Shown here one piece after another: positions 10,262-19,268 of a stretch of DNA of 64,000 nucleotides. How positions within the stretch are numbered: position 1 is the stretch's first letter; every line of letters starts with the position of its first letter. A program made the position numbers and the translations under genes. The stretch comes from Thermodesulfobacteriota bacterium (lineage in GTDB: Bacteria > Desulfobacterota > BSN033 > UBA1163), in NCBI GenBank assembly GCA_049514515.1, contig JBEKUZ010000008.1:9303-73302 (forward strand). The letters run 5' to 3'. The notes beneath the pieces were generated by a model. It searched no databases, was not told the DNA's origin, and saw only the letters and a program-made list of their open reading frames with translations.

Positions 10262-10662
10262 ACTACCTCCCTGAGCATGTTGCTCCTCTCTTTCCACCGG
10301 AGCCCCCAAGGCCATCGGGACCCGTAAACATGCGGAGTCGCGACCCCGGGTAGTACCAAGATTTATGATAAATGGATTACTGTAATCGAGTAAACCTATC
10401 TCTTGGCCATACAGACCCTATCTTTTGGCTATCTCCATTGCACTGCCACCAGAATGTTCGTATATTGAGAGAAGAGATCCGAGGGACCTGGCGGGAAATC
10501 AGACGTTTCATAACCAGGTGTAATATTTTGATTTCACTTTGAATTTTTGACCTGATCCGCGCCATTGCTGACAATAAGCATTGACCGGGACCGATATATT
10601 ACAATGTGTCAAGCGCCCTTTCCTATTGCCTGGCCTACACCTATAATTGTCCCGAGGGGGTT

Positions 10663-12072
10663 ATGAAACTGCGTCTTCGCGATTTGCAGAGAACTCCTCG
10701 AGCAGTACTCACATGCGCTGGCATACTCACTGCGGTTATTGCTCTCGTGGATTGGTGGGTCGTTGGCAACATTTACTTCGGCACTCTCTATGTATTCCCC
10801 ATGTTGCTTGCCGGGACCGTTCTTCCACGCTGGCAGATCACCCTGGCCGCAATCTTTTGTTCGGTTCTTGGCGAGCTATTCGACCCGTTCCCGTTTCAAC
10901 TAATCACCACCTTGTCGCAGGACATTTTGCTTTTCATCGCGCTCGCTGGAATGGGATTGTATTCCCGTGAGATAACAGTAACCCAGCTGCGGGAGCTGGA
11001 GAATCGCCAAAGAGTCGAAAAAGAGGTGGCCGCCCGGCGTGAGGCAGAAGAGCAACTGGAATTTGTAATCCAGAGCAGTCCGGTCGCGATTCTCGTCATG
11101 AGCGCAAATGGAGAGATTCTTATCGGAAATCCCACAGCACACCACCTCTTTCGAGTAGGAGCGGGAGAACTGGTCGGAAGGAATATTTCACGCTATGTCC
11201 CGGCGCTTGGCCGCGTGCCTTCTGTGGAGGACACGAGCCAAAGCTTCCGAACCGAAATGCAGTGCCGTGGGAAACGAAACAATGAGGAAATCTTCCTGGC
11301 CAATGTTTTCTTTTCCACTTACAGAACGGCGATGGGGCCCCGCCTGGCTGCCCTAGTGGTAGACGCCTCCGAGGATTTACGGGATCGCGCGGAATACGGC
11401 CTCGAGCAGCTAATGGCGGGATCGCGGGTCCTTGTGGGAGCCGTTTCTCATGAAGTAAGAAATGTGTGCAGTGCTATTGCTGTTATTTATCAGAATCTCG
11501 GGCGAAACCGAGGACTCGTGAAGAATCAGGATTTTGAAGCTCTCGGCTCTTTGGTCGAAGCGCTGAACAAGATCGCGTCTCTGGAGTTGCGACAGAGCAC
11601 CGGTGGCTTCGAGGCTAAAATTGTCGATCTTACCGAGCTTCTCGACGAGGCACGCATTGTACTGGAACCTTATTGCGCGGAATCGGATGTCACGCTGAAT
11701 TGGAACATCCCTGAAAAGCTCCCTTATGTCTGGGGTGATCGTCACGGCTTATTGCAGGTGCTCCTTAACCTTACAAAAAATAGCCGACGAGCATTGGAAG
11801 GAGCAAGCCTGAAGAGAATCGACGTCTCCGTTGCCGTCGAACATGGAATCGCGTCTATTAGGGTTGCCGACACCGGGCCGGGTATCGCCTCGACCGAAAA
11901 GCTGTTCCAGCCATTGCAGAAAGGTGCCGAGGCTACGGGACTTGGGTTGTTTCTTTCTCGCGCTTTGATGCGGTCTTTAAGAGGCGACCTTCGATACGAT
12001 CCCGAAGCGCCGAGGTGTTGTTTCGTAATTGAACTGGTCATAGCTGATATCGCTGAAGCAGATCATGTGTGA
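10663..12072 (+). CDS. Membrane PAS sensor histidine kinase
   Basis: TM segments, a PAS region, an H-box (AVSHEVRN) and HATPase N/G boxes (LLNLTKNS, DTGPGI, GLGLFL). Probable start is the ATG at 10663 after gaggggg; the track ORF starts at 10606. Confidence 0.8.
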   Translation: MKLRLRDLQRTPRAVLTCAGILTAVIALVDWWVVGNIYFGTLYVFPMLLAGTVLPRWQITLAAIFCSVLGELFDPFPFQLITTLSQDILLFIALAGMGLYSREITVTQLRELENRQRVEKEVAARREAEEQLEFVIQSSPVAILVMSANGEILIGNPTAHHLFRVGAGELVGRNISRYVPALGRVPSVEDTSQSFRTEMQCRGKRNNEEIFLANVFFSTYRTAMGPRLAALVVDASEDLRDRAEYGLEQLMAGSRVLVGAVSHEVRNVCSAIAVIYQNLGRNRGLVKNQDFEALGSLVEALNKIASLELRQSTGGFEAKIVDLTELLDEARIVLEPYCAESDVTLNWNIPEKLPYVWGDRHGLLQVLLNLTKNSRRALEGASLKRIDVSVAVEHGIASIRVADTGPGIASTEKLFQPLQKGAEATGLGLFLSRALMRSLRGDLRYDPEAPRCCFVIELVIADIAEADHV

Positions 12073-12733
12073 GCGGGTAAGGATGCAGCGAATACGACTC
12101 TTATTGGTGGACGATCACCCCCTCTTTCGGGAAGGTTTGGCCCGGCTGCTGGCATCGGAGCCTGACTTCGAGATGGTTGCCCAGTGCAGCACTTCAGCCG
12201 AGGCTCTCCAATTACTCGGTCGTTCTGAGGTCGATGTAGTACTTCTGGATTTTGACCTGGGGGAAAAGCAGGGAAATCACTTCATATCGTCGGCGCGTCA
12301 ATCCGGATATGCAGGCAAGATACTTATGGTCACTGCCGGCATGAACGCGACGGAATCTTCGGTTGCATTGAAGCTGGGCGCATCGGGTATTGTCCTTAAA
12401 CATAGTTCTCCGAGTACCCTGGCAAACGCTATTCGGCTGGTCGCAAACGGAGAGACATGGATCGACCAGAAAGTCATTCAACAAATGGCCGACCGGTTCC
12501 TGCAAGGCGACCAACAAGGTCTCCCACGAACTCTTACTGAGCGGGAGGATCAAGTGCTCCGAGGCGTGTTCGAAGGGCTTGCAAACAAAGAAATCGCGGC
12601 GAAAATAGGTGTATCGGAAAGTTCAGTGAAGGCAACGCTCCAGCAATTGTTCGACAAAACTGGCGTACGAACGCGCAGCCAGCTTGTCCGAATTGCACTC
12701 GAAGGCCCCTTCCGTATGAATAAAAAGTTATAA
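12065..12733 (+). CDS. NarL/FixJ (LuxR-type) response regulator
   Basis: REC domain (LLLVDDHP...) plus a LuxR HTH (LTEREDQVLRGVFEGLANKEIAAKIGVSESSVK). ATGTGTGA overlap with the kinase stop. An alternative start is at 12083. Confidence 0.85.
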   Translation: MCERVRMQRIRLLLVDDHPLFREGLARLLASEPDFEMVAQCSTSAEALQLLGRSEVDVVLLDFDLGEKQGNHFISSARQSGYAGKILMVTAGMNATESSVALKLGASGIVLKHSSPSTLANAIRLVANGETWIDQKVIQQMADRFLQGDQQGLPRTLTEREDQVLRGVFEGLANKEIAAKIGVSESSVKATLQQLFDKTGVRTRSQLVRIALEGPFRMNKKL

Positions 12734-12894
12734 TCTACCGTATCCGATTTCGTGCCCGTTAAGGTTTGCTATAGTACTTTTCCGTCCCATGCCGCATCCA
12801 TAGGGTCGAAAGTGACCGTACTTTCTTACCTTAGGCATTAGTTCCGGAATCTTTAGGACGAAGCTTCTTAGGGGACAATAACTGGCCGGCGGAA

Positions 12895-14037
12895 TCAGAT
12901 CTTGCCGGAAAGGGATTCGGCATATCCGGTTAATTCGACATAGCCCACGCCCTTGATGGGTTCCCGCTGGTATTTCCCGTCCACCTTAACGCTTCCCTCC
13001 CAGTAGGTCACCCGAGTGGATTCTTTGGTAATCAATTCTTGATCTTTAACGGTCGGGGAAAGGGTCAACTTAATTTGGCGAGCCGGGACTGTTATTCTCC
13101 ATTTGGAAGGATAGATTGCGCCGCTCTTTGAGCTTTTCCAGTGATCCAGGGCTTCAATCTGAAATTCCTTTTTAGGTAAGTGCTGGTATGTTCCATCAGG
13201 AAAGATGATGGTTCCACTTGAATAAGGATCTATTTCCCCGTCCTTGTGTCGGATCTGATAAAACATCAGCTCCGTCCTGTTATCTAATTGGATGCTAAAC
13301 CAATCCCATCCAACCTGGTATTCCCGGAGTTGAGACGAGCCAAACTCATGGTCCATCCAGCTGATTCCTTGGACAGAAATCTCCTTGTTTTGCAGAAAGA
13401 TTTTTCCTTCCGTTTTTAAGCGAGGGATGGAGTAATAATGCGAGGCATACCCCTCTCCTTCAGCTTTCTGGCTGATCCCATTTTGCCCATGGATGGCAGG
13501 GTTTTTTCCAGGGATAAGCATCAGCTCAATCCCAAAAGTCTTGTCTCCGGCTTTGAGAACATGATTCTGCATCCCGGGACCTTTGCCTTCAATCGACCAG
13601 CCTTCGATCCAGATCCGGAAGGTCTTTTCGCCTTTTTTGTAAGGGTAAGCTCCGGCCTCTCCCAAGCTTCCGCGGCTGATCTTCTCAAGATATTCAAACT
13701 TCGCCCTCGATTCATCCGTGACGGCAAGATGGGCAAAATAAAGGTCTTGAATGGACCAATTCGATTTTTGATGTTTTGTTCCCCTGTTTAAACCCGTTCT
13801 GAAAAAGGTGAGCTGGTATCCAAACGATTTCTTCTCTTGACTGTAAAGATGGCCGGAATAGTACCACCATTCGGTTCTAAATTCAGGATGAGAAAAATGA
13901 TCCTGGGGAAAAGAAAAAACTCTTCCCGGAAGCACCCGTTTGAACTCTTGTCCAAGAAGCATAGAACTAAAGACGACAATAGCCAGAAAAATTAAAAAAA
14001 AGGTGGTCCTTGCGAGCCGAAAGCGAACCAATCTCAT
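12895..14037 (-). CDS. AttH/CrtC-like (hydroxyneurosporene synthase family) lipocalin-domain protein
   Basis: 380 aa, N-terminal TM or signal segment, motifs EWWYYSGHL and YQLTFFR characteristic of the family by recall. Confidence 0.65.
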   Translation of the reverse strand: MRLVRFRLARTTFFLIFLAIVVFSSMLLGQEFKRVLPGRVFSFPQDHFSHPEFRTEWWYYSGHLYSQEKKSFGYQLTFFRTGLNRGTKHQKSNWSIQDLYFAHLAVTDESRAKFEYLEKISRGSLGEAGAYPYKKGEKTFRIWIEGWSIEGKGPGMQNHVLKAGDKTFGIELMLIPGKNPAIHGQNGISQKAEGEGYASHYYSIPRLKTEGKIFLQNKEISVQGISWMDHEFGSSQLREYQVGWDWFSIQLDNRTELMFYQIRHKDGEIDPYSSGTIIFPDGTYQHLPKKEFQIEALDHWKSSKSGAIYPSKWRITVPARQIKLTLSPTVKDQELITKESTRVTYWEGSVKVDGKYQREPIKGVGYVELTGYAESLSGKI

Positions 14038-14046
14038 CCTCCAATC

Positions 14047-14107
14047 CCCACCCTTCCCTTCCCTCTCTTCCCCTCTCCCCTCGTGGGAGAGGGCGCGGGT
14101 GAGGGGG
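14047..14107. repeat. Palindromic intergenic repeat, family PU (CCCCTCACCC..CCCTCTCCCCnnnnGGGGAGAGGG..GGGTGAGGGG), copy 1
   Basis: Inverted arms around tcgt. Same family as the copies at 22002, 27592, 28830, 31258, 36766, 53428, 62425 and 63095. Confidence 0.85.
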
Positions 14108-14259
14108 AAAATTTTCTGTTATTGTAATGGAAAAACCGAAATAGAATCAAGAATTCTATAGACGATAAATGAGAAAGGTGGTAAATAAGTACAATTAGAG
14201 GAGCCAATTGGAAAGAAATCAGACCTTCGTCTAATAAGCATTACATTCTGCGAGAGCAT

Positions 14260-14919
14260 ATGGATAGCATGCTCAAGAAATGGCTGCGATGGCTCAAAGT
14301 CGTTCATGACGACATTCAGCAGTTGCTAATAAAACAGAATATCTTCTGGGAAGTCCAGGATATTATTAGAACTAACGCTAAGCTTCACAAACCCAGTTCC
14401 TTTTACAGCTATCTGGGGGATACTTACGTTGCCTACATCTCAATTGGAATTCGCCGCCAAATCAAGATTGACAATCAGAGTATTTCTTTTGCCCGGTTAC
14501 TCACTGAGCTTGCCAACACACCAGCCGTTTTGTCCCGGAAGTACTATGTCAGCCTTTATAAAGGGTCCAGGGTTGAGCAATTTGCAGACAGAGACTTCGA
14601 CAGATACTGCGGAAATGACAAAGCCTATATTTGTCCAGACATGGTACTCGCCGATCGCGATGAGCTAAACCGCGCGGCATTGGTGGTTGAGGACTTCGCC
14701 GATAAGCGGATAGCTCATCGCGACAAACGCAAACCGAAGGCGCTGCCACGATTTGAACAAGTCGACTCGTGTCTGAATACGCTGGATAAATTATACTGCA
14801 AATACCACGGGATTTTTCACGCATCGGCCATGAGTACTCTAGTGCCTGTTTACCAGTATGATTGGAAGGAGATATTTACCGTCCCTTGGCTGAGATATGA
14901 AGAAGAATCAGAAGAGTGA
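14260..14919 (+). CDS. Hypothetical protein, AbiU2-like HEPN-motif candidate
   Basis: 219 aa, helical. It has DKRIAHRDKR (R-x-x-A-H-[RN]-[DE]) after an IGIRRQIKID-NQSISFARLL block. This matches the layout of ORF 17601..18164. Confidence 0.45.
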   Translation: MDSMLKKWLRWLKVVHDDIQQLLIKQNIFWEVQDIIRTNAKLHKPSSFYSYLGDTYVAYISIGIRRQIKIDNQSISFARLLTELANTPAVLSRKYYVSLYKGSRVEQFADRDFDRYCGNDKAYICPDMVLADRDELNRAALVVEDFADKRIAHRDKRKPKALPRFEQVDSCLNTLDKLYCKYHGIFHASAMSTLVPVYQYDWKEIFTVPWLRYEEESEE

Positions 14920-15061
14920 AGGACCTAACAACATGCACCCAGTCGCCCAAACTGCGGGCTCTGGGATAACCAGGCCGTTGAGTCATGAGGCTGTGGAAAA
15001 TCATAATGGTAATGGAGCTAAGAACTAACCTATGAAGTGTCATCTTGTTTCTAGCCACTGA

Positions 15062-15607
15062 ATGTGGAAGAATACTCGCATGCAAAGAGATTTAAGAACC
15101 AAGCCCTTCTACGAGACCAAACTTGGACGGACGTATTGCGTGGATTCGTTGGAGTTCATGCGCGCTGAGATGAACGACCCTTCCGTGGATCTAATTATGA
15201 CGAGCCCCCCATTCGGCTTGGTTCGTAAGAAGACCTATGGCAATGTCGATGCCGACAGCTACTTGGCCTGGTTTCATCCCTTCGGGCTTGAATTCCACCG
15301 CATCCTGAAGCCCCACGGTTCTCTCGTTATAGACATCGGTGGTGCCTGGAACCGCGGACAACCTACCCGAAGTCTCTATCACTTTGAACTGCTCATTATG
15401 CTATGCAAAGACCTCGGCTTCTACCTAGCCCAGGAGGTTTTCTGGTGGAATCCCTCAAAACTGCCAACTCCTGCTGAGTGGGTTACTGTTCGCAGAGTAC
15501 GCGTCAAGGATGCTGTCAACTGCATTCAGTCTGAGTATCACAAGGTAGACAATGGCGCCCTCGGCAAACTGCAGTCGCTAATATCGACTCGTCTCCCTTT
15601 TAATTAA
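15062..15607 (+). pseudogene. N4/N6 DNA methyltransferase (PF01555-type, beta class), 3'-truncated
   Basis: Catalytic motif IV is present (DLIMTSPPFGL). The sequence follows the family up to VKDAVNCI, then diverges and stops at 181 aa. The C-terminal AdoMet motif I (FxGxG) half is absent, and the next gene starts 18 nt later. Confidence 0.65.
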
Positions 15608-15624
15608 AGGAGTTAAAAACTCTC

Positions 15625-16509
15625 ATGCCCCAATGGAAATTGCTTGCACGTGACTGGAAATCAAATCTTGCTTCCCTTTTTGGCTCCGTAACCTCCCAAC
15701 TTGTCATATCTTCGCCATATGTTACGAGGGATGGAACGTCATATCTACTCTCTTATTTGCCTCGCGCCGGAATCAACTCTATTAACCTCCGCCTTGTTAC
15801 AGATCTGTCAGCTGTAAACATCTATCAAGGGGCAACCGACCCGGATGCACTGCGGATTCTTGCTGATACCGTCCCGAATTTCAAATTATTGCATCTACCC
15901 AAATTACACGCCAAAGTCTACATTTCTGACTACCATAACGCGATAGTCACTTCTGCCAATCTTACTGAAGGAGGATTAAACCGAAATTATGAATATGGCC
16001 TATTCACCGATTGCACACCTTTAATTCACCAGATACTCGAAGATATTACGGAATACTCCGACCTTGGTGCTCTAGTCACCTCAGAAAATCTCCTTGAGTA
16101 CTGTAGAATCGCCGAGAAATTAAAGACAACTTTCAAAAAGCAACAACTTTCAATACGGTCTGCTTTGCAAAAAGAATTCGAACATTGTGTTCTTTCTGCC
16201 GAGGATAATCTCATCCGACTTCGCTTGGCAGGGGGTGCAATGCATACCGTATTTGCCAAGACAATTCTGTATCTCCTTCGGCGTTACGGACCGATGCCAA
16301 CCACCGATATTCATCCGAAGATCCAACGGATCCACCCAGACCTGTGCGATGACAACGTCGACCGTGTCATAGATGGTAAGCGCTTCGGAAAAAAATGGAA
16401 ACACGCTGTCCGGACAGCGCAACAACAACTCAAGAAACAAGGACTCGTGAGGTTTGCTGATGGCCGTTGGAGAATTTCTTCGATTAACGACGGCCTAAAA
16501 GGAGTTTAA
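15625..16509 (+). CDS. PLD-superfamily (single HKD) nuclease with C-terminal Mrr_N-like winged-helix domain
   Basis: HKD motif LHAKVYISD followed by VTSANLT. C-terminal ...KKWKHAVRTAQQQLKKQGLVRFADGRWRIS resembles the Mrr N-terminal wH domain. Confidence 0.7.
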   Translation: MPQWKLLARDWKSNLASLFGSVTSQLVISSPYVTRDGTSYLLSYLPRAGINSINLRLVTDLSAVNIYQGATDPDALRILADTVPNFKLLHLPKLHAKVYISDYHNAIVTSANLTEGGLNRNYEYGLFTDCTPLIHQILEDITEYSDLGALVTSENLLEYCRIAEKLKTTFKKQQLSIRSALQKEFEHCVLSAEDNLIRLRLAGGAMHTVFAKTILYLLRRYGPMPTTDIHPKIQRIHPDLCDDNVDRVIDGKRFGKKWKHAVRTAQQQLKKQGLVRFADGRWRISSINDGLKGV

Positions 16510-16513
16510 AACA

Positions 16514-16756
16514 ATGGCAAAACGAAAAACATGCAAAGCATGCAATGGCAAAGGCCTATTTGCACCTGCCGATCCTTCTTGCAAAATCCATGCACTTAGG
16601 CCACCATGGGTAGTAGTGGAGAGATGCGACTCTTGTGAATTCTTTTCCGACGATCTCCTTGCAGCGCAATCGCTTTATGGTCTGGCTGGCTGGTTTACTT
16701 GCACCGGGGGCGCATTTCATGCCCTTGCAGATACTCGGACATATGTGCGAAAGTAA
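16514..16756 (+). CDS. Small Cys-rich (zinc-ribbon-like) hypothetical protein
   Basis: 80 aa with CKACNGKG...C...CDSC. It starts 4 nt after the PLD gene stop. Confidence 0.4.
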   Translation: MAKRKTCKACNGKGLFAPADPSCKIHALRPPWVVVERCDSCEFFSDDLLAAQSLYGLAGWFTCTGGAFHALADTRTYVRK

Positions 16757-16818
16757 AGTGTGCGACATCTGCCATCGTCAGCTCCGCATTATCAGGAAGT
16801 CGCCGGCAAAAAGTACAA

Positions 16819-17433
16819 ATGGAGTCGGTATCAGCGACAAAGACCAACCAGGAAATAGCAGTTGCAATTCGGCCGGACCAGATGTTGAACTACATGGCCA
16901 ATGCTGAAGAACTTCATCGTCTGGGTAAGAATGCTGCCATGTACAGCCTACTGTCCAAGGCATCGGCATCTGAGAAGATTTTAGCGGAAGAGATCACCAA
17001 ACTTACCCCAAAACGTCAGAAAATCCTCTCCACCCTGACCCGATGGGCTCGATCAGCCTCTTTTCATCAGCAAGTGCTCCGTGCCTATGATAACAGATGC
17101 TCTGTTACACGGATGCAGCTGCGCCTTGTTGATGCAGCACATATCCTACTGGTTCAGGCTGAAGAGACCACTGACGACGTTCGTAACGGCATAGCCTTGT
17201 CACCGACCTACCATCGAGCCTTTGACGCAGGATTGATTTACCTTGATGAAAACTACGTAATGAGAATCAATACTGAACAGCAACTTCAACTCGTGACCCT
17301 AAGACTTGATGGAGGGATAGAAGATTTTAAGCACTATTTGAGCAAGCGGATCTATTTGCCCCCGGACAAACGGCAATGGCCTGACACTACTATGATTCGA
17401 AAGGCTAATAGATACCGACGCATTTCTCAATAG
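16819..17433 (+). CDS. HNH_2-family (PF13391-like) HNH endonuclease
   Basis: FHQQVLRAYDNRCSVT...VDAAHI...VRNGIALSPTYHRAFDAGLI matches the HNH_2 pattern. Start set at the ATG at 16819; the track ORF start at 16699 overlaps the previous gene. Confidence 0.7.
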   Translation: MESVSATKTNQEIAVAIRPDQMLNYMANAEELHRLGKNAAMYSLLSKASASEKILAEEITKLTPKRQKILSTLTRWARSASFHQQVLRAYDNRCSVTRMQLRLVDAAHILLVQAEETTDDVRNGIALSPTYHRAFDAGLIYLDENYVMRINTEQQLQLVTLRLDGGIEDFKHYLSKRIYLPPDKRQWPDTTMIRKANRYRRISQ

Positions 17434-17600
17434 AGATGCGATGCAGGAGCCTATAAAGCGTACGAACCAAACACTTACAGAAAATGCGATTTCTCAGGAT
17501 GCTCCGGCACAACGATCTCATATTGGGAGCGGTCAAGTGCCCCCCGAAAACCACCGTTTAATCCTGGTTAGCTTTTTTTACACGCTCGTTAGGCATTCCT

Positions 17601-18164
17601 ATGAGCGAAGCGCGTGCGATCATCGAAGTTTTAATTGAGGAGGGAAATGCAGCGCGCGCCCATTTCCAAGTGTGGTGGGCGCTTCGCAACGTGGCCATTC
17701 CGCGTTTCCTTCCGACTATGAATAACCTTGAGTATGTGGATTTCTTCCACGCTTCCAACGCTGGCCATTACAAGTTGTTCCTGCTGGCATTGTCGAAGAT
17801 ATTTGATCGAGACACTCGTGTTTCAGGTATTCGCGAACTTCGACGAGCATTGAAACAAGAAGGTCGCAATGACCTCGCCATGTACATTGGCAAAGAGCTC
17901 AACCCATTCCGCAAACACATCAGTGCGATTATGGGCATTCGTAGCCAATCTCTGGTGCACAATGAACGAGCCTTGCCACGTACAAAGGTTTACCAAATTA
18001 ATGGGGTTACCCCGAACCAGATTCGTAGCCTGATCGACAAGACCGCCAAAGCGATAAATTACGTTGCTCGCGAGCTCGGAATTACCAACACTATATTCGA
18101 GAGTGACCGTGCTGAACGAGCCACCATAAGAATGCTGAAAAAGCTTCAACGTGGAAGCATTTAA
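17601..18164 (+). CDS. Hypothetical protein, AbiU2-like HEPN-motif candidate (second copy)
   Basis: 187 aa. LALSKIFDRDTRVSGIRELRRAL block, then IRSQSLVHNE (R-x5-H). Same arrangement as ORF 14260..14919. Confidence 0.45.
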   Translation: MSEARAIIEVLIEEGNAARAHFQVWWALRNVAIPRFLPTMNNLEYVDFFHASNAGHYKLFLLALSKIFDRDTRVSGIRELRRALKQEGRNDLAMYIGKELNPFRKHISAIMGIRSQSLVHNERALPRTKVYQINGVTPNQIRSLIDKTAKAINYVARELGITNTIFESDRAERATIRMLKKLQRGSI

Positions 18165-18426
18165 CTTGCAGTTGGCGTGGAGTGACAAACAGCGGCCCTG
18201 TTGGGTTCCCGCGCACCACGTTTGGAAGTCCTTGCCCATCTACAATGTTGAGGCTGCAGAAAAAGCTCAAGCAGATTTGTGAGCGAGACGTAGAAAAAAA
18301 TGACCTGACGGGAGCGTTACGCCGAGGCGAGTGGGTTTTGCTAGGAGAAAAACCGACGAGTCGTTTGATCGGATCGCCGATAAACCCGGCTCCCGGTGAA
18401 CTCCACTGTCCGGACAAGAGAGGGAG

Positions 18427-18801
18427 ATGATGATCGAGAATCGATTTGACCATGTTGGGCTGAACGTCATTGATCTTGAGGCAAGCATCACCTTTCTCAA
18501 GGATATGTTCGGATTCGAGATCATCCAGAGATGGGATTCGCCGAGGCAGGCCTTTGTCGGAAAAGATAGTGTGGTTCTTGGCGTGATGGAAGTCAAGGAC
18601 TACGATTTCACAAAGCAAACGATGGCGCATATTGCCTTTCCGTGCAGGAAGGAAGACTTCGGTTTCGTTGTCGAGCGGGTGAAGCAACTGAAGGCTCCAA
18701 TTGTCTCAGGACCGAAAGCCCAGAGGGATGGTGAGACTATCTTGTTTCGTGACCCGTCAGGAAATATTTTCGAGGTGTGCTATCCCCCTCTGAGAAAATA
18801 A
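18427..18801 (+). CDS. VOC/glyoxalase-family protein
   Basis: 124 aa. RFDHVGLNVIDLEASITFLKDMFGFE plus HIAF...DPSGNIFEV pattern. Confidence 0.8.
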   Translation: MMIENRFDHVGLNVIDLEASITFLKDMFGFEIIQRWDSPRQAFVGKDSVVLGVMEVKDYDFTKQTMAHIAFPCRKEDFGFVVERVKQLKAPIVSGPKAQRDGETILFRDPSGNIFEVCYPPLRK

Positions 18802-18881
18802 GAGACAAAATCCATTCAAACTCGTGAGACTCGCTACGGGTCGAGTGGAGGGGCTACCGTAGTTCAAACGGAGGTGAATCT

Positions 18882-19268
18882 ATGGCAGTTCGTATCGTGC
18901 AGCTTGGAAGCCCCCGTGCAAGCGACGAAGGGCTTCGCATTGGCACCGTTCGGCGCCCACCAAGAGGCGTGGCTAAAAGGGAGTTTGCATCGCGCAATTA
19001 CTATGATGTATGGCTACCAAACCTCGCCCCTAGTGAACAGCTTGTCAAGGCCGGACGATCGGCCAAAAATGAGACCGGTTGGCGCTCTTTCATCAAACGC
19101 TACCGCTCAGAAATGAGCCGAGCGGAGAACAGTCGGGTTCTTGATCTGCTCGCTGCGTTATCCCACCAGGCGAATTTCTCGGTCGGATGTTATTGCAATG
19201 ACGAGCAGCACTGCCATCGCTCGGCGCTTCGTCAACTCCTCGCCGAGCGTGGTGCTTTAATCGCGTGA
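18882..19268 (+). CDS. DUF488-family protein
   Basis: 128 aa. RIGTVRRPPRGV...WLPNLAPS...CYCNDEQHCHRSAL is typical of DUF488. Confidence 0.75.
   Translation: MAVRIVQLGSPRASDEGLRIGTVRRPPRGVAKREFASRNYYDVWLPNLAPSEQLVKAGRSAKNETGWRSFIKRYRSEMSRAENSRVLDLLAALSHQANFSVGCYCNDEQHCHRSALRQLLAERGALIA

Noticed and set aside
17441-17638. 65-aa ORF between the HNH gene and the second HEPN-like gene
   Set aside because: It overlaps the start of ORF 17601..18164 and has no motif, so it is probably non-coding.
18091-18687. 198-aa minus-strand ORF between the island and the glyoxalase gene
   Set aside because: It overlaps two plus-strand genes with clear family motifs, and has neither motifs nor an RBS of its own.
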